The notes beneath the pieces were generated by a model. That model was not told the DNA's origin, did not search any database, and saw nothing but the letters and a program-made list of their open reading frames with translations. The position numbers and the translations under genes were made by a program. A stretch of 63,025 bases of DNA, counting the filler, from Myxococcota bacterium (GTDB lineage: Bacteria > Myxococcota_C > UBA6777), in the NCBI GenBank assembly GCA_023150835.1. It is 3 parts of 3 records of this genome, joined end to end, with 100 filler letters (N's around TTAATTAATTAA, not from the genome) between each part and the next. Parts side by side here need not be neighbours in the genome. Positions count along the whole stretch, not along the records: positions 25,371 to 50,458 come from JAKLKB010000104.1; 2 more parts are not named here. The stretch is one strand, 5' to 3'. Numbering within the stretch: position 1 is the stretch's first letter; each line of letters begins with the position of its first letter. Positions 29,528-38,202 of the stretch are shown here, piece by piece.

Positions 29528-30889
29528 ATGGGATCAGTTTGGAAGCCAGAACTCTTGGCTCCTGCGAAGAACTTAGAGCGATTGAAGGTAGCAGTGCGCT
29601 ACGGCGCGGATGCTGTTTATCTTGGCGGACAGCGCTATGGATTGCGTGCGCGGGCAGACAACTTTACAGAAGCCGAGATCGCGCAAGGCGTTGAATATGC
29701 CCATCAACACGGCGTCAAGGTCTATGTCACGCTGAATGCCTTCTTGCATGACGAAGACTTTGTAGGCTTTGAAGACTTTTGCCGCTTTTTGTCCTCGATC
29801 CAGACGGATGCCGTGATCGTTTCGGATATCGGAGTGATCCAGCGGATCAAGCAGTGTTGCGATCTTTCGATCCATCTCTCGACGCAAGCTTCCTGCCTCA
29901 ATCAATACGCCGCCCAAGTCTGGAAGTCGTTGGGCGTGGAGCGTTTGGTGGTAGGTCGCGAAGTCAGCGTCGAAGAAGCTGGAGCGATCGGACAAGCCGC
30001 CGAGATCGAGATCGAGATGTTTGTGCATGGTGCGATGTGTATGGCGTATTCGGGCCACTGCACGATCTCCAACTTTACAGCAGGACGTGACTCGAACCGT
30101 GGGGGATGTCTGCAATCTTGCCGCTTTCCCTACAAGATCGAAGCCGCCCCCTCCGCCCAAACCACCGATGCCCAAAGCCTCCGCATCCGCGAAGGACTCC
30201 CCGTCGCCTCGTTTATGTCCTCCAAAGATCTCCTCGGCATCGAGCAGATCAAAGCCTTTTTTGTGCAGCGCATCTGCTCTCTCAAGATCGAAGGCCGGAT
30301 GAAGTCTTCGTTTTATGTTGCGACCACCTGCAAGGTCTATCGACAACTGATCGATGCCTATGCTGCGGGAGAATGGAGTCCTGCCTTGCTCGTCGAAGCA
30401 CGCAGCGAACTCGAAGCGATCCCACACCGCACCTACACCTCGGGCTCCTTGAAAGAAGCCGCTGGCGAAGACTCCGTTTATGCCCCATCCACCGAGCAAA
30501 ATGACGAAACACACCGTTATATCGGGATGGTGCTCGAAAACACGCCTGCCCACTACATCGTGCGCCTCTCTACCCCCCTTGCTGTGGGCGATATCATCGA
30601 GTGGATGCCCTTTGCGAAACCGCCGATTCCTTGGCGTGTTCCACAGCTTTTTACGGTCCTTGGCGAGCCTTGCGCTTCGATGCGTCAAGACAGCGTCGTC
30701 TGCATCCCGAAAGATCCCTCCCTAGGGCATATCGAACGCCTGACGATCCTCCGCATACCACAGCCCTCCTCTCCCCAACACATCGACACCAACGCCGACA
30801 ACGTAGATATCCTACAGACCGCAGAGACCCTACACCCCGCAGATATCGCAGACTCGGAGGGTTCCGAGTTTTCCGACAACGCAAGGTAA
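29528..30889 (+). CDS. Peptidase U32 family Fe-S protein (TrhP/YegQ-like, RNA hydroxylation)
   Basis: PELLAPA, GADAVYLG, HLSTQAS, VHGAMCMAYSGHC, NRGGCLQSCR, SLKIEGRMKS. Confidence 0.93.
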   Translation: MGSVWKPELLAPAKNLERLKVAVRYGADAVYLGGQRYGLRARADNFTEAEIAQGVEYAHQHGVKVYVTLNAFLHDEDFVGFEDFCRFLSSIQTDAVIVSDIGVIQRIKQCCDLSIHLSTQASCLNQYAAQVWKSLGVERLVVGREVSVEEAGAIGQAAEIEIEMFVHGAMCMAYSGHCTISNFTAGRDSNRGGCLQSCRFPYKIEAAPSAQTTDAQSLRIREGLPVASFMSSKDLLGIEQIKAFFVQRICSLKIEGRMKSSFYVATTCKVYRQLIDAYAAGEWSPALLVEARSELEAIPHRTYTSGSLKEAAGEDSVYAPSTEQNDETHRYIGMVLENTPAHYIVRLSTPLAVGDIIEWMPFAKPPIPWRVPQLFTVLGEPCASMRQDSVVCIPKDPSLGHIERLTILRIPQPSSPQHIDTNADNVDILQTAETLHPADIADSEGSEFSDNAR

Positions 30890-30894
30890 CCGAG

Positions 30895-32319
30895 ATGTCA
30901 TCGACGCCATCGCGATTTGTGGCTTATGCCGCCTCCGAAGAAGAGATCGAGCGCTGCGCCCGCACCGCAAAGATCGGCGAGATCCTCTTGGAGCCTGAGT
31001 GGCTTGCTTGCCAAGGAACCCTCTCTGCGGAGCGATGTGTGGATCTAGCGCGATCGGCGCGTTCGCATGGACTCCGCCCTGTGCTGGTGTGGGATATCTT
31101 GCTGCCTGAGCGTGTCATGCAAAGCTTACAGCCATCGCTGTCTTCGTGGGCATGGGAAGAATTCGCCGCTGTTCGGGTCTGCGATATCGGAGCAGCTCAA
31201 TGGCTGCGTATCCACCGACCTCAGATGCCCCTTCAATTGATCGTAGAGACGGGGAATCACAACGAAGACGCCTTGCGCGCTTGGTGCGCGGTGTTTGCTC
31301 CTGCGCTCGAACGGCTGATCCTTTCGATCGAGATCCCCGAAGAACGACTGATCGCCTATGCGCGTGAATCTGCCGTTGATTGCGAAGTGATGGGAGTGGG
31401 CCGTATCCTGCTTTTTTATTCGCCGCGTTCTTTGCTTGCGCCGAAGCTGCTCACGGGTTCCTCTCTCCAATCGAGCGATGCAGCGGGCCAATCAAGCGAT
31501 GCAGCGGGCCAACCAAGCGATGCAGTGGGCCAATCGAACGATGCAGCGGGCCAACCAAGCGATGCAGCGGACCAATCGAGCGATGCAGCGGGCCAATCAA
31601 GCGATGCAGCGGGCCAATCAAGCGATGCAGCGGACCAATCGAGCGATGCAGCGGGCCACAAAGCAGCGCCTGTTCGCCTTGAAGCGATCTCAGGTTCGGA
31701 TCTGTCGGGGTATCGGCCTTTGCCTGTGTTGGAAACAGCCCACGGAACATTTCTGTATCTCGACAAAGATCAATTCATCCTCGACCGTCTTTCGGGCTTA
31801 TTGGATGCAGGATTATGGATACGCCTCGATCTGCGCCATCTGCGCGATCACTCGGCATCTATCGCCCAGATCGACGGTTTGGTGGAGGCGATGCAACACG
31901 ACGCGACAGCACTTCGCCAAGCATGGCCGCGCCCCACACGTGCGCCCTTTTTCAAGAACAACAAGACCACCGCACAATTCACGCGATTGAAGGCCAACCA
32001 CCACGAACAACGAGACGAATACACCCTTGCAGAGGTCGTCGGTGTCGAGAGGCGTCGTTATGTGGTACTTTGCGCCTTGCGCCCCTTTTCTACGGAGATG
32101 CTTTACGCTTTACTCCTGCCGTCGGGTGAGGAGATCCTCTTGACGGACATCCCGATCTTCCACGATCTGCAAGGCGTCCCTCGCAACCAATGGATGACCG
32201 ATCAACTCTTGATCACAGAGCGTATTCGGATGGCCTGTCCCGGAGCGCTCTTGCGAGGCCGCAGCAAAGAGGAAACCACTTCGATCCCAGAGGAGTCGCC
32301 CATTTGCCCCACTGCGTAA
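30895..32319 (+). CDS. Divergent U32-family partner protein (YrrN-like)
   Basis: Follows the first U32 gene by 5 nt; CDIGA, ETGNHN, LSIEIP, FYSPRSLL, ETAHGTF; lacks the Cys cluster. Confidence 0.7.
   Translation: MSSTPSRFVAYAASEEEIERCARTAKIGEILLEPEWLACQGTLSAERCVDLARSARSHGLRPVLVWDILLPERVMQSLQPSLSSWAWEEFAAVRVCDIGAAQWLRIHRPQMPLQLIVETGNHNEDALRAWCAVFAPALERLILSIEIPEERLIAYARESAVDCEVMGVGRILLFYSPRSLLAPKLLTGSSLQSSDAAGQSSDAAGQPSDAVGQSNDAAGQPSDAADQSSDAAGQSSDAAGQSSDAADQSSDAAGHKAAPVRLEAISGSDLSGYRPLPVLETAHGTFLYLDKDQFILDRLSGLLDAGLWIRLDLRHLRDHSASIAQIDGLVEAMQHDATALRQAWPRPTRAPFFKNNKTTAQFTRLKANHHEQRDEYTLAEVVGVERRRYVVLCALRPFSTEMLYALLLPSGEEILLTDIPIFHDLQGVPRNQWMTDQLLITERIRMACPGALLRGRSKEETTSIPEESPICPTA
31468..31656 (+). 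repeat. 21-bp coding tandem repeat x9 (QSSDAAG)
   Basis: CAATCGAGCGATGCAGCGGGC-like units. Confidence 0.95.
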
Positions 32320-32520
32320 GTCCGACAAAAAAGAAACAAACCTTTCGGGTTTCCTCTACGTCAAGGGGCCGTCGCAAACAAAGCAAAGCCCCAACAAAAC
32401 GATCTCGCACAACGAGCAGATCGTACAAAGCATCAGGGGTGGCGGTTTTGCGATGGGTGTTTGTGCGGTGGGTTGGGGGTTTGGGGTGGGTTGTTCGTAG
32501 AAAACAAAGGAAAACAAAGT

Positions 32521-35001
32521 ATGAGTTCTCAGACAAAACAAAAAAGTAGTGAACCCTTGAAAAAAAGTAGTGCATCATTGAAAAAAAGCAGTACACCATT
32601 GAAAAAAAGCAAAACGGAATCAAAAGAAAAAAGAAAGACAGATCAAGGACGTACGCAGAGAGAGACAGGGGCATCGTATGGCCGTCATCGCGGCCCCAAA
32701 GGACGCGCACGCGCCGAAGGACAAAGCGGTCGGATGCAAGTGCTTCCACGCCTTGACAGCGAGCTTGAAGAACGGGTGTGGGCTCACCTCGAAAGCAACC
32801 AAGGCCAGTCGATCTCTGTGGACGATCTGGGCGATGTGTTGGAGCTGAATCGCCGAGAAGAGCGCGATGTGCGCAAATACCTCGAAGGGCAAGCCAACGC
32901 GGGTTGGTTAGAAGGCTCTCGCGATGATCACTTTGTGCTGCGCAAAGGACAAACCCGCCAAACCGAGCAACGATACGAAGGTATTTTGCAGGTCAACGCA
33001 CGCGGACAAGGGTATGTGCAGACCGCAGAAGGACAACGCATCAGCGTTGCAGCAGAGCATCTCAGCGGCGCGCTCCAAGGCGATATCGTCTGCGTGCGAA
33101 CGGACAAAAACGCTTGGGGGCAGTTGGCAGGCGAGATCACGGCGATCAAACGGCCTTTTGCGGGCCGCTTGGCGGGGTGGCTGCGCAAGATGGGACCGAA
33201 TCTCTACCTCCAACCCGATGACGAGCGTTATTCGTGGATTCCAGTCCATGATACCGCCGATCGCAAGGCCGGCGATGCTGTGGTCGTCCAAGTCTGCCGC
33301 GCCGAAGGAGAACCCGAACACGTCTGGGCCGATGTCAAAAGCGCTCTCGTCACCAAAGAAGGCGCTGCCCGTGATATCGAACGTGGTGCCGCCCTTTTGG
33401 GCCTCGAAGCCTTTTCCGAAGACGTCATCGAAGAAGCCACCCGCGTTGCCGTCTCCCCCACACCTGACGAGCGCAAAGGCCGCGTAGATCTGCGCCACCT
33501 CGATCTCGTCACCATCGACGGCGAAGATGCCCGCGACTTCGATGATGCCGTCTGTTTGGAAGAGATCACTCCCGAACGATGGAAGCTCACCGTTGCGGTG
33601 GCCGACGTCTCTCACTATGTCCGCTACCAAGAGGCTTTGGATCAAGAAGCCTTTCGGCGTGGAACCAGCGTGTATTTTCCAGCGACGTGCATCCCGATGC
33701 TGCCCGAAGCCCTGTCCAACGATATCTGTAGCCTTCGACCCAACGAAGATCGGCTTTGCATGGTTGCGATCATGATTTACGATTGCAGTAAAAACCGCGC
33801 AAAGCTCGTTGAGACGGAGCTTTGTGAGGCGGTGATGCGCAGCAAGGCGCGGCTGACCTACACACAAGTCGCTCATGCCCTTGATGGCGAGCCCGCCGCT
33901 GACAATCCCGCAGTCCCTTTCTTGCCGATGTTGCGCAAGATCGAATCGCTGACTCGTCGCCTCCGCCTGCTACGAAAAGCACGGGGCTCGCTAGACTTTG
34001 ATCTCCCCGAAGCCAAGATCGTCTTCGACGAGACAGGCGAGATCGCCGATATCATCCGTGGCGAGCGCTTTTATTCGCACAAGCTGATCGAAGAGTGTAT
34101 GCTCCAAGCCAACGAAGCCGTCGCAGCTTATATGTTGAAGCACAAGATCCCGGGGATCTTTCGCACACACGGCGCGCCTGATATCGAAAAAGTGCAAAAC
34201 TTCATCGCGATGTTGCACCAACTTGGCGTCCCGCTACACCTCGAATTGCACCGCCGCATCAAAGAACTCGAAAACGAGCAAGCAGGCCATTGGAGCATCG
34301 ATCCCCGCCTGATCAGCGATCTGTTGCACGCCGCCCAAGGTCACCCCGCACAACGGGTCCTCCATCAAACGCTGTTACGCTCGATGATGCAAGCCGTCTA
34401 TCTGTCCGAAAACCTCGGACACTTCGGCCTTGCGCTCGAACGCTACCTGCACTTTACTTCGCCGATTCGGCGTTATCCCGACCTCTGGGTACATCGGCTG
34501 CTCAGGATGCACTGGCAAGGGCAACTCAAAGATCCCGAACGCTACGAAGCCATCCTCGAAGAACTTGAAGGCGTTGCGCTGCAATCTTCGGAGCGCGAAC
34601 GCGCCGCGATGCAAGCCGAACGTGATGTGTATGCCCGTTACCGCGCACGCTTGATGATGCGTTATCTCGGCCAAGAGCTTGACGGGACGATCTCTGCTGT
34701 CACAGGCTTTGGTTTCTTTGTGGAACTGGACGCGCACTTTGTGGATGGGCTTGTTCATGTCCGTGAACTCGACGGTTTTTTCCAATACGACGAACAACGC
34801 CTCGCCCTTGTTGACCAACGCTCCGGGGAAACCTACCAGATCGGGGATCGCCTCTGTATCCAAGTGGCTGCCGCCTCCCCCGAACGCGGCTCCGTTGACT
34901 TTCGCCCCGTCAAACGTCTCGCCCGCGAAGACAAACACGACGAACATGACGAACACGACGAACTCCACGAACTCAACTTCCCCTCCAAACCTGCCCTATA
35001 G
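32521..35001 (+). CDS. rnr: Ribonuclease R
   Basis: TIDGEDARDFDDAV, VADVSHYV, RGTSVYF, HFTSPIRRYPDL, C-terminal S1 domain. Confidence 0.95.
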   Translation: MSSQTKQKSSEPLKKSSASLKKSSTPLKKSKTESKEKRKTDQGRTQRETGASYGRHRGPKGRARAEGQSGRMQVLPRLDSELEERVWAHLESNQGQSISVDDLGDVLELNRREERDVRKYLEGQANAGWLEGSRDDHFVLRKGQTRQTEQRYEGILQVNARGQGYVQTAEGQRISVAAEHLSGALQGDIVCVRTDKNAWGQLAGEITAIKRPFAGRLAGWLRKMGPNLYLQPDDERYSWIPVHDTADRKAGDAVVVQVCRAEGEPEHVWADVKSALVTKEGAARDIERGAALLGLEAFSEDVIEEATRVAVSPTPDERKGRVDLRHLDLVTIDGEDARDFDDAVCLEEITPERWKLTVAVADVSHYVRYQEALDQEAFRRGTSVYFPATCIPMLPEALSNDICSLRPNEDRLCMVAIMIYDCSKNRAKLVETELCEAVMRSKARLTYTQVAHALDGEPAADNPAVPFLPMLRKIESLTRRLRLLRKARGSLDFDLPEAKIVFDETGEIADIIRGERFYSHKLIEECMLQANEAVAAYMLKHKIPGIFRTHGAPDIEKVQNFIAMLHQLGVPLHLELHRRIKELENEQAGHWSIDPRLISDLLHAAQGHPAQRVLHQTLLRSMMQAVYLSENLGHFGLALERYLHFTSPIRRYPDLWVHRLLRMHWQGQLKDPERYEAILEELEGVALQSSERERAAMQAERDVYARYRARLMMRYLGQELDGTISAVTGFGFFVELDAHFVDGLVHVRELDGFFQYDEQRLALVDQRSGETYQIGDRLCIQVAAASPERGSVDFRPVKRLAREDKHDEHDEHDELHELNFPSKPAL

Positions 35002-35102
35002 CCTTTTTCTTGGTAGGAGATCTGCTCGATGAACACGACAGCATCGGCCACCTCCGTCCATCCGTGACAAACCTTTTTCTTGGTAGGAGATCTGTTCGAT
35101 GA
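35002..35102 (+). repeat. Duplicated RBS+ATG block (about 30 bp, 70-bp period)
   Basis: CCTTTTTCTTGGTAGGAGATCTGYTCGATGA at 35002 and 35072. Confidence 0.85.
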
Positions 35103-35926
35103 CCACGACGCCTCCCAACACCTCCGAAGCAAAAGCCTCACCCCAACCGCCTTCCTCCGCTCCCGAGGCCGAACAGCCCGTGACGTGGGATCTCGAACCC
35201 GATCCTGTGATCCCTTTGCGATGGCGGCCCTATCTTGCGATGGCGGTGTTTTTTGTCACGTTGTGGCTGATGTTCGAACTCTCTCACGAATTGCGTTATT
35301 CGTGGGCCACAGGCCCCGTTGTTCTAGGCGATATCTCCAACGGATGCGATGCCGCTTTTTACCAAAAAGCCCAAAACAACGCATTTATACGCGTTGAAAA
35401 TATCCTCCCCGATCTCGAATCCACCACCGAAGCCCGCGTCGGTCTGACCAAATACCGTTATGTCTTTGCGATGGGATGTGACCTCTTGCTTGCCGTCCCA
35501 TCAGAACGCTACCAAGCGCTCTTCGGAGCGCCGCCCGCTCCCAAAAGAACATCCGCCAAAACAGCCCGCACCCCAAAAGCCCCATCCGCTCGGCCTATCC
35601 TGCTCCATACTCCCCAAGGCATCGTCGAAAAACAAGGCGATATCAAAGTTTTTTCCATACAAGGCCGCGCCTTGCGGCTTGCGGATGTCAGCAGCCTCCA
35701 ACCTGTTCGCGACTTTTACTTACGATCCGAACACAATCTTCCTCCGCGCACGGTGGTCTTGTTTGATGGAGAAACACCGAAAAGCAAAGGGTGGATCTGG
35801 TTGTTGTATCTTGTGTTTTTGAGCCTTTGTGGACTGAGCCTCCAACGTTTCTTGATCTTCACTCGCGCCCTCGAAGACGATCAAGCTGCGCTCGAAGCCC
35901 TCGAAACCCGCGATAGCCAACGATAA
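35099..35926 (+). CDS. Hypothetical membrane protein (2 TM)
   Basis: AGGAG RBS; hydrophobic segments near both ends. Confidence 0.7.
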   Translation: MTTTPPNTSEAKASPQPPSSAPEAEQPVTWDLEPDPVIPLRWRPYLAMAVFFVTLWLMFELSHELRYSWATGPVVLGDISNGCDAAFYQKAQNNAFIRVENILPDLESTTEARVGLTKYRYVFAMGCDLLLAVPSERYQALFGAPPAPKRTSAKTARTPKAPSARPILLHTPQGIVEKQGDIKVFSIQGRALRLADVSSLQPVRDFYLRSEHNLPPRTVVLFDGETPKSKGWIWLLYLVFLSLCGLSLQRFLIFTRALEDDQAALEALETRDSQR

Positions 35927-35974
35927 CAAAGGCTCGCTTTTGGTTTGGATCAACACGACATGAATTCGTCCACA

Positions 35975-36385
35975 TCAACGGCGTAGCGGTCGGCAGATCC
36001 AACGCCAACACCGTCGGCCCCGATAAGCATAGCTGACACGAACACGCTTGCTCCCGCGACCGCAAGACAACGACTGCACAGACGGACAAAACGCACGCAA
36101 CGGCGGCGGACAAGACCAACGATGACAAGTCTGGCCTTGGTGTGAATAAGTGACACGAAAAGCAGAACGCCCCCCCGCACACGATGGGCGAGACAACACA
36201 GGGCAAGGAAGACGGCGGCAGATCCACCGCCGACAGATCTGGCCTTGAATCCGAAAACTCTCTTGGATCGGGCTGAATCCAACACGGCAGACAGGGCGGC
36301 GAGCCACAGGACAGCGCGCCTCTGCCTGCACAGAAGCGAACCACACGCCCAACCATCCGATCAGTCCAATCCTCCAAGCCCACAT
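35975..36385 (-). CDS. Small secreted Cys/Arg/Trp-rich protein with three 32-aa repeats
   Basis: GGAGG upstream; signal-peptide-like MWAWRIGLIGWLGVWFASVQAEA; CP-x6-C-x17-C-x-RW-x-C three times. Confidence 0.85.
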   Translation of the reverse strand: MWAWRIGLIGWLGVWFASVQAEARCPVARRPVCRVGFSPIQESFRIQGQICRRWICRRLPCPVLSRPSCAGGRSAFRVTYSHQGQTCHRWSCPPPLRAFCPSVQSLSCGRGSKRVRVSYAYRGRRCWRWICRPLRR

Positions 36386-36557
36386 CGCCTTTTGCCTCCG
36401 CTCCTTGCTTTCTCTTCTGTGTTGTTTCCCAACGTTGTGATCTGGCACACAACTGCGAATGCCCCTTTGGACGCCTCCCCCCTCGTTTTCCATTCAAAAA
36501 AATCTCCACCGCTCTCTCCCCCGCAGAGACGGCCCGCGCAGAGGCAGGAAAAAAAGA

Positions 36558-37793
36558 TCATCCCAACCCCAGATAGCGCCGAAGCGACGGGTTGCGCGGA
36601 GTGGCTTTCCACAAAAAGCCGTCGAGAAAGTAATGCGTGGCTTGAGGGATGGTCAAAAACGCGATCCAAAAAGCCCGCCAAGCGGGTTCTTTGACCGCAG
36701 CGATCGGATATCGCAAAAAAAACCCGTAAAATGCGGCATGATCACGCCCATGCACCAACAGATCCCAAAAGTATTCTTCCCAAAACGAAAACAACAACAC
36801 AGGGACCACAAACAACGCCACGGAAAACACCCGCCGCGTCAAATAAGGCCGCCACACCGCCCACGCCAGACGCTTGGCGCGTTCTTCGTCACGCCACGCA
36901 TTTTCCGTGTACATGTACACCAAGCCGTAGTATGGGATGCCATGCGCCACCACGTTCGTCAGCGCAAACGCAAACGGCGAATCCAAATGCACGATCCCAA
37001 GATACCAGTTCACATAAGTGCCTGTGACCCATAAGATCTTGCCCCACGCCAACCCCACGTCGTAGCGCTTTGCGGTGTACACATGCAAGCCCACCCATCC
37101 CACCACCGAACCCACCCATACACCCACCACAAGCCACACCAACACGTCATACACGCTCCAGCCCCACCCCACCGAGCGCAGACGTTGCGTGTACATCAAC
37201 CAAGAAACAAAGTCCCCTTGTGCAAACCAACTGATCTTTCGCGGAAGATGCGTGTGCCAATAAAGGATCGGAAGCCCTGTGGCGATGTAGATGCAGACCC
37301 GATCCCAAAAGCGTACACGCCCCAACCACGCCTTGCGCTGCGTGCGTTCTGCCTCGCCCACACCGCGCAACAACACACCGCTCAGGCGGCCATGATACAA
37401 CGCCGTAATCCCCACCTGCTGCTTGATAAAATGGTACAACGCAAAATACGCAAGTACCCGCCAAAACAACGCAGTCGAGATGTACGCAAGCAACCACGCC
37501 ACCACAAAAGACAACAGCGGGAACCCCCACAACAGATCGCGATTGCGCGCCCGATGCTCTGGATCAAAGTAGGTCCGAAACACCGTCGCCCACACATGTC
37601 CCACGTCGATCAACAACACGATCAGCACCCACCCCCAAATCGGCATCTTCGCGTACATCAACGACGAAGGCAAACAAAACACCACCCCCCAACAAAACCA
37701 GATCGGAACGTGAAAAAACCCCAGATCAAACCCCCGCCCACCAAACCACAGATCCCCGCCCTCCCGCTCGTTGGACTGCTTCACCTCGCTCAT
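36558..37793 (-). CDS. Multi-TM membrane protein with spaced His motifs
   Basis: DVGHVWAT, YHFIKQQ, VAHGIPY and PQATHYFLDG between TM segments; start inferred from the GGAGGGAG RBS. Confidence 0.8.
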   Translation of the reverse strand: MSEVKQSNEREGGDLWFGGRGFDLGFFHVPIWFCWGVVFCLPSSLMYAKMPIWGWVLIVLLIDVGHVWATVFRTYFDPEHRARNRDLLWGFPLLSFVVAWLLAYISTALFWRVLAYFALYHFIKQQVGITALYHGRLSGVLLRGVGEAERTQRKAWLGRVRFWDRVCIYIATGLPILYWHTHLPRKISWFAQGDFVSWLMYTQRLRSVGWGWSVYDVLVWLVVGVWVGSVVGWVGLHVYTAKRYDVGLAWGKILWVTGTYVNWYLGIVHLDSPFAFALTNVVAHGIPYYGLVYMYTENAWRDEERAKRLAWAVWRPYLTRRVFSVALFVVPVLLFSFWEEYFWDLLVHGRDHAAFYGFFLRYPIAAVKEPAWRAFWIAFLTIPQATHYFLDGFLWKATPRNPSLRRYLGLG

Positions 37794-38202
37794 CCACCAA
37801 CACTCCCTCCAATACAGCAGAACGTGCCCGATGATAGGGACTTTCCATACCATAGCAAACGCCAACCTTTGGCTCTTCAACAGACACCCACCCTAGCAAG
37901 CCGCCCACGCCCCTGTCAACCAAACTGCATTGGGCGGATAGGGGCGTACCATGCTCTCAAGACACCCACGCCCGAATCAAACAACTCCCTACCGCTCGCC
38001 CGAATCACCCCCCCACGACCCATCGCCTCCAACACCATCGCCCACACCACCCGCCTCTTCCTTCCCCGAACACCTCGAATAAAAAAAACCAAGACAACAC
38101 AACACCTCCCAAGGTCTTCTCTACGACCAAAACACTTGGACGAAAAAACGTCGCCCAAGCCATCCAGCCACAAACGATCCAACCCGAAGTGGGGCGCTTC
38201 CC

